A stretch of DNA of 16,129 bases from Myxococcales bacterium (lineage in GTDB: Bacteria; Myxococcota_A; UBA9042), in NCBI GenBank assembly GCA_037441385.1, contig JBBISH010000134.1, forward strand, positions 1-16,129, in the 5' to 3' direction. Below, piece by piece: positions 15,014 through 16,129 of the stretch. Made by a program: the position numbers and the translations under genes. How positions within the stretch are numbered: the stretch's first letter is position 1; the number at the start of each line of letters is the position of its first letter. The notes beneath the pieces are model-generated. The model saw only the letters and a program-made list of their open reading frames with translations, was not told the DNA's origin and ran no database searches.

Positions 15014-15125
15014 GGCGGTTGTGCGGCCTCGCGCCAACCCTGGCGCGCTTGGCACGCATTGTGCGACTTGTCCGGTCGCCGCGCAAACCAGCGCGATCGG
15101 GTCTGAACGTGGTCGCCTGGGAGGC

Positions 15126-15734
15126 CTACGGCGCCGCGGCCTTGAAGCCGGCCCCATGGTCGTGGCAGGTGCTGCACCAGGCCGTTGGGTGGCTGGCGCC
15201 GGTGCCGTCGCGGCGGAACACTTGCGTGGTGGAGTGGCAGACCTCGCACACGCCTGGACCGGTGCCTTGGCCGGCGTGGGCCAGCCCAGCTGCCGCAACC
15301 CCCTGGTAGGTCTGGAGGTTCACGGGCGTGGCGCCAAAGGGCGTGTCGATCGCGTCCGCGACCAGCTGCAAGTTGCCCGTGCCGTGAACGCGGTGGCAGG
15401 TGGCACACGGGGCCGCAGGCGGGTGGCTGGTTTCGCTGTGGCAGGCCGCGCACGCCTTTGAACTTTGGTGGGATTTTCCACCAGCGCCGCCCAGCGAACC
15501 GTGGCACTGGCTGCACGCATACAGCAGCGCGTGGCTGGTCGGACGCTGCCAGTCCTTGGCGATGCCCAGGTGGCACTGCCCGCACGCGACGACTTCACCC
15601 AGGTCCGCGCCAATCCCCAGCGTTTTTAAGGTCTTCAGCGACGCCAACTGCGGGTCGTCGGCCCGCAACAGCCAACCAGCGAGCAGGCCCACGGCCGCCA
15701 CCAGAGCCGCCAGCCACGGCCCAGCGCGCTTCAT
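15126..15734 (-). CDS. Small exported or membrane-anchored hexaheme cytochrome c
   Basis: Six CxxCH motifs (CGQCH, CSQCH, CAACH, CATCH, CEVCH, CSTCH) in 202 aa, with extra His residues as possible distal ligands and an N-terminal hydrophobic segment. ATGA overlap with the upstream GMC gene. Confidence 0.92.
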   Translation of the reverse strand: MKRAGPWLAALVAAVGLLAGWLLRADDPQLASLKTLKTLGIGADLGEVVACGQCHLGIAKDWQRPTSHALLYACSQCHGSLGGAGGKSHQSSKACAACHSETSHPPAAPCATCHRVHGTGNLQLVADAIDTPFGATPVNLQTYQGVAAAGLAHAGQGTGPGVCEVCHSTTQVFRRDGTGASHPTAWCSTCHDHGAGFKAAAP

Positions 15735-16129
15735 GGTACACCGCCGGCCAGTTCCACCATGCGCAGCGCGGTTCTGTGGGCCAGCGCCTGCTGGGTCAGC
15801 GTGGGATTGAAGGCGGTCGACGTGGGGAAGACGCTGCCATCAGCCACCCACAAATTGTCCAAATCGTGCGCCCTTCCCCACCGATCCGTCACGGACTGCT
15901 TGGGGTCGTCGCCCATGCGCGCGGTGCCCAGCAGATGCTTGGTATCGGGCGCCCCGTCTTGCTTGGCAAAATCGATCTCCATCACCTCGCCGGCCCCAGC
16001 CGCCTTGGCAATGGCCGCCAGCTTGGGCATGTAGCGGTCGATGACGGCCTGGTCGTGCGCATGGCGGGCGTAGGTCACGCGCGGCGCAGCGCGGCCATAG
16101 ATATCGCGGACTTTGGGGTCGAGCTCGAC
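15731..16129 (-). CDS. GMC family oxidoreductase, C-terminal part (5' end outside the window)
   Basis: The frame is open to the window edge (VELDPKVRDIYGRAAPRVTY...). It carries the GMC C-terminal motifs HLLGTARMG..P..SVTD.WGRAHDLDNLWVADGSVFPTS..NPTLT.QALA.R. Confidence 0.93.
   Translation of the reverse strand, partial: VELDPKVRDIYGRAAPRVTYARHAHDQAVIDRYMPKLAAIAKAAGAGEVMEIDFAKQDGAPDTKHLLGTARMGDDPKQSVTDRWGRAHDLDNLWVADGSVFPTSTAFNPTLTQQALAHRTALRMVELAGGVP

Noticed and set aside
13121..15106. 661-aa plus-strand ORF, and other long antisense ORFs such as 4953-6215, 8702-9946 and 11901-13019
   Set aside because: These are shadow frames opposite well-supported genes. They have no recognisable motifs, and long stop-free antisense frames are expected in high-GC DNA.

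Overview
High-GC (roughly two-thirds G+C by eye) gene-dense bacterial window. Its gene content (Hanks-type Ser/Thr kinase, TPR protein with a hydrophobic C-terminus, several Asp/Ala-linker Cys-rich lipoproteins, multiheme cytochrome) suggests Myxococcota/deltaproteobacteria; this is inference. Almost everything is on the minus strand. Reading from the right end: GMC oxidoreductase (partial), hexaheme cytochrome c, Cys-rich repeat lipoprotein, radical SAM protein; then one plus-strand Phi-1/EXORDIUM-like lipoprotein; then a MacA-type adaptor, ABC ATPase, MacB-type permease and TolC efflux operon; then Ser/Thr kinase, Uma2 nuclease, DUF559 nuclease, TPR protein and a CDDGNPC-repeat lipoprotein (partial). 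The most striking structure is the DUF559 nuclease gene bracketed by two 58-bp inverted repeats (1978-2035 and 2505-2562). Each repeat is a double hairpin, and every difference between the copies is either in a loop or a compensatory base-pair swap, giving a REP/RAYT-like architecture with a PD-(D/E)xK nuclease in place of an HUH transposase. Other leads are a low-GC tandem palindromic patch inside the TolC signal-peptide codons, a five-copy disintegrin-like/WGxW repeat protein, and a GMC dehydrogenase coupled to a small hexaheme cytochrome.
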